Assembly (NCBI GenBank): GCA_020536535.1
Contig: JAHLWZ010000797.1
Coordinates: forward strand, 62,001 to 126,000
DNA length: 64,000 nt
DNA from: Pelomyxa schiedti
Lineage: Eukaryota > Protista > Evosea
Reading direction: 5' to 3'
Part shown: one piece after another, positions 61,643 through 64,000 of the stretch
Numbering within the stretch: the stretch's first letter is position 1
How the letters are laid out: every line of letters starts with the position of its first letter
Made by a program: the position numbers and the translations under genes
The notes under the pieces: generated by a model
What the model was told of the DNA's origin: nothing
Database searches by the model: none
Seen by the model: the letters and a program-made list of their open reading frames with translations, nothing else

Positions 61643-64000
61643 ATGAACGGGGGCGCTTTGCGACAACAGATACCGTGGTGTGTATATTGCGCGCAGAGGG
61701 TGTCTCCCGACTGCGTAACACTGTCGTGTACCGCCGGCGGCGTCGCCCACTCCCTGTGCTCCCAGTGTTTCCGCATCCTCTTCGAGTTCTTCCGCACACA
61801 GCAGCACCAGGCCCTACCAACTCCCCCGCCGGCGTCCGCCACCTCGAGGCCTGCGACGCCGACCGGGGAACCGCGCCAGCAGCCCGACGTGGTGGCGATC
61901 ACGTGCCCGCTGTGCGACTCCGTGACGACGCTGCCGCTGACCGACGGCTGTCCCACCGGTGGGTCCCCCAAACCCACGAAATCCGACGGTCCAGGGACGA
62001 CTACTGCTGCGATGGGAGCCACTTCCCCCCCACCCACGCCGTCGCCGACGCCGACGCCGGCGCCAGTGGACGACCACGTAGTGTGCGCCGTGTGCTTCGA
62101 GGCAATTGCGGTGTCACAGTGCCTGGGCTGCAAGTATTTCTATTGTGATTCGAAACAGTGCCTACAATTTGCCACGAGGCAGCATGCTGTTGTTGCTCGT
62201 CATAAGGTTTGGTTCGCCCAGTCGACACACACACAAAAAAAAAAAAAAAAAATCCTCACGTATATACAAAAGTTTGAACTAGCACCGTTGGATTCTCCTT
62301 CTAAACCATCCCCTAACGTGGAGGAGAGTACGAGTCTCAGATGCCAAGACCACGGCAAGAAGCTAACATTGTTCTGCCAAGAGGACAAAGTTCCTGTTTG
62401 CTCTCACTGCCTTTTGATTGGTAAACCTTGCCTTCACGAAAAACTACACCATGGGGAGCGGGTCTTTCTCCATTTCAGCCATGTTAAACTTAACTCAATT
62501 CAAAGGGTCGCACAAGGAAGGCGAACGCACACATAAGTGCACGGGAATCAGTGAGGCATCTCCTGCAATTAAACAGAACTTAAAAGCCAATATCAAGAGC
62601 CTCGACGACAAGATAAAAGCGACGAAATCAACCTGCAATGCTGTTTCAGAGACGTCTTCAAGAGTAAAATTGTCAGCAGATGAAGCAACCAATATGATTG
62701 AAAAGACCTTTACTGAATTGTTTGATGCACTGGCAACCAGAAAGTCCGAGTTGCTGAAATCTTGTGGAGCTCTCTCATTCCAGAAACGTGTGGAACGTAA
62801 TTACCTATTGTAGTAACGTACTTGTAGTCTCACTACTGCGGGAGAAGTCAGAATCCCTTGAAGCACAAGTGAAGTGCATCACAGGTTCCATGACAGCCGC
62901 TCAGGCATTGTGTGAAACATCGGATTCACTAAAAGTGTGTGCACTTGGCCCGGCAATGGGCACGTGGAATCACCGTCTTAGCGGAATTCCTTCTGCTCCG
63001 ATTAATTGCGGATCGAAGATTTCTTTTTCATCAAGTCTTACGGGGTTGAAAGAAGTAATCCAGTCTTTCGGGTCTGTTTACAGTGGTATCATCTCCTCCT
63101 TCAAATGGATTTGTTAACTCAACAAACAAAGTTGAAATTTCCCTTGAATCAAGCAGCTTCACATTGTCCGGTTCTATTCCGGATATTGCATTTGTTGGCG
63201 ACACTGTTGATTTCAGTGTCTCACCTGCCTCAATAAAAACGGCCGACAACAATACAATAGGGAGCATCACTGATCTCCGAAACTTATTGCAGGTCAATGT
63301 TGTACCTCCCCCCACCACTTCAGTTGCATCTACCAGGATCCCCTGGACATCAGAAAGGTTCGGACCTGCTTCTTTCAAATTGGAACACGTTGGAAATTAC
63401 ACAGTCTGTGTTGAAAGAGTTTCTGATGTGAATACCGGCGTCAGTATGACACAAGATAAGAAAGTTCTGTGCACCATTGAGGCATTGGGTCCGCCACCCC
63501 CACCACAAAACTTAACAGCCCGTTCCACAGAACCTGGAGTGATCAGTGTGAGCTGGGACCGTCCCTCTGCAATCCCCCCAAAAGCACAGGTTGGATACAA
63601 TGTTCTTGCTGCAGTCGGGGCATTCAAAGTGGAGCTGAGGCAACACAAGGAAACGCAAGCAATCATCAGGGACATTCCAACTACACAAGGGGACAACGCG
63701 CCAATCAAAGTGTCAGTTTCTAGTGTTTCATTGTGCGCGGCCCGTAGCAGTTCCGGAACTGTGTGTGACACCGTGACTGGAGCCACTTCTGATGTTTATG
63801 TTTCTCCCATTCCACCCAACAAACTGGATTCTACATGTGCAGGTTCCGTAGTCACAATTGGACTTGCTGGATTGAGTTGCACTGTGCCAGGTACCTGCAT
63901 TGTGCTCGCTGAGAGAGGGTTCATGAGTGGCTCGCACCACTGGGAGTTCACTGTAACAAAGGTAGGCAGCAACTCACACTGTGGCGTTTCCCTCAAGCCT
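61643..64000 (+). CDS. TRIM-like protein: RING, B-box1, B-box2, coiled coil, Ig-like, FN3, SPRY (3' truncated by window)
   Basis: RING CVYC..C..HSLCSQC..CPLC. B-box1 CAVC..CLGC..C..C..H..H. B-box2 CQDHGKKLTLFCQEDKVPVCSHC. FN3 PPPQNLT..VSW..GYNV. SPRY start GFMSGSHHWEFTV. Confidence 0.85.

Noticed and set aside
1-64000. Prokaryotic-type systems (CRISPR arrays, defence operons), rRNA, tRNA, transposase or reverse-transcriptase genes
   Set aside because: None recognised. The window is spliceosomal-intron-rich eukaryotic DNA, and the repeats seen are coding microsatellites or intronic poly-T/A runs. A small structured RNA could have been missed without covariance searches.

Overview
This is a compact, intron-rich eukaryotic chromosome segment. 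Genes are closely spaced (often 50-250 bp apart), most introns are about 30-60 nt, and the genetic code is standard. The repeat-protein family and short-intron style suggest an amoebozoan such as Pelomyxa, but that is inference only. Hand-splicing gives about 24 loci. From left to right: the 3' end of an S10 carboxypeptidase, an ankyrin-like repeat gene, an acidic/coiled-coil/basic-repeat protein, a C1-PH-RhoGAP, a PPP phosphatase, a CHD6-9-like remodeler, a USP remnant, two orphan genes, an Hsp70 pseudogene, a ZnF-UBP sirtuin, TEL2, a small coiled-coil gene, a SIRT6/7-type sirtuin, a DTW protein, HAT1, a second ankyrin-like gene, eIF3f, a WD40-Sec7-PH scaffold, CstF-50, a SAM protein, an SRSF7-like factor, EDRF1, a TKL kinase and a TRIM-like protein. 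The most notable items are a sirtuin with a CARP beta-helix and a C-terminal CaaX box, a ZnF-UBP pseudo-sirtuin (catalytic His replaced by Asn), a Sec7 domain lacking its Glu finger, a candidate poison 3' splice site in the SR gene, a MID1/TRIM9-like architecture and a promoter-centred CpG-island pattern. I saw no rRNA, tRNA, CRISPR array or transposase. All exon structures were spliced by eye and all domain calls come from motif recognition, not database searches.
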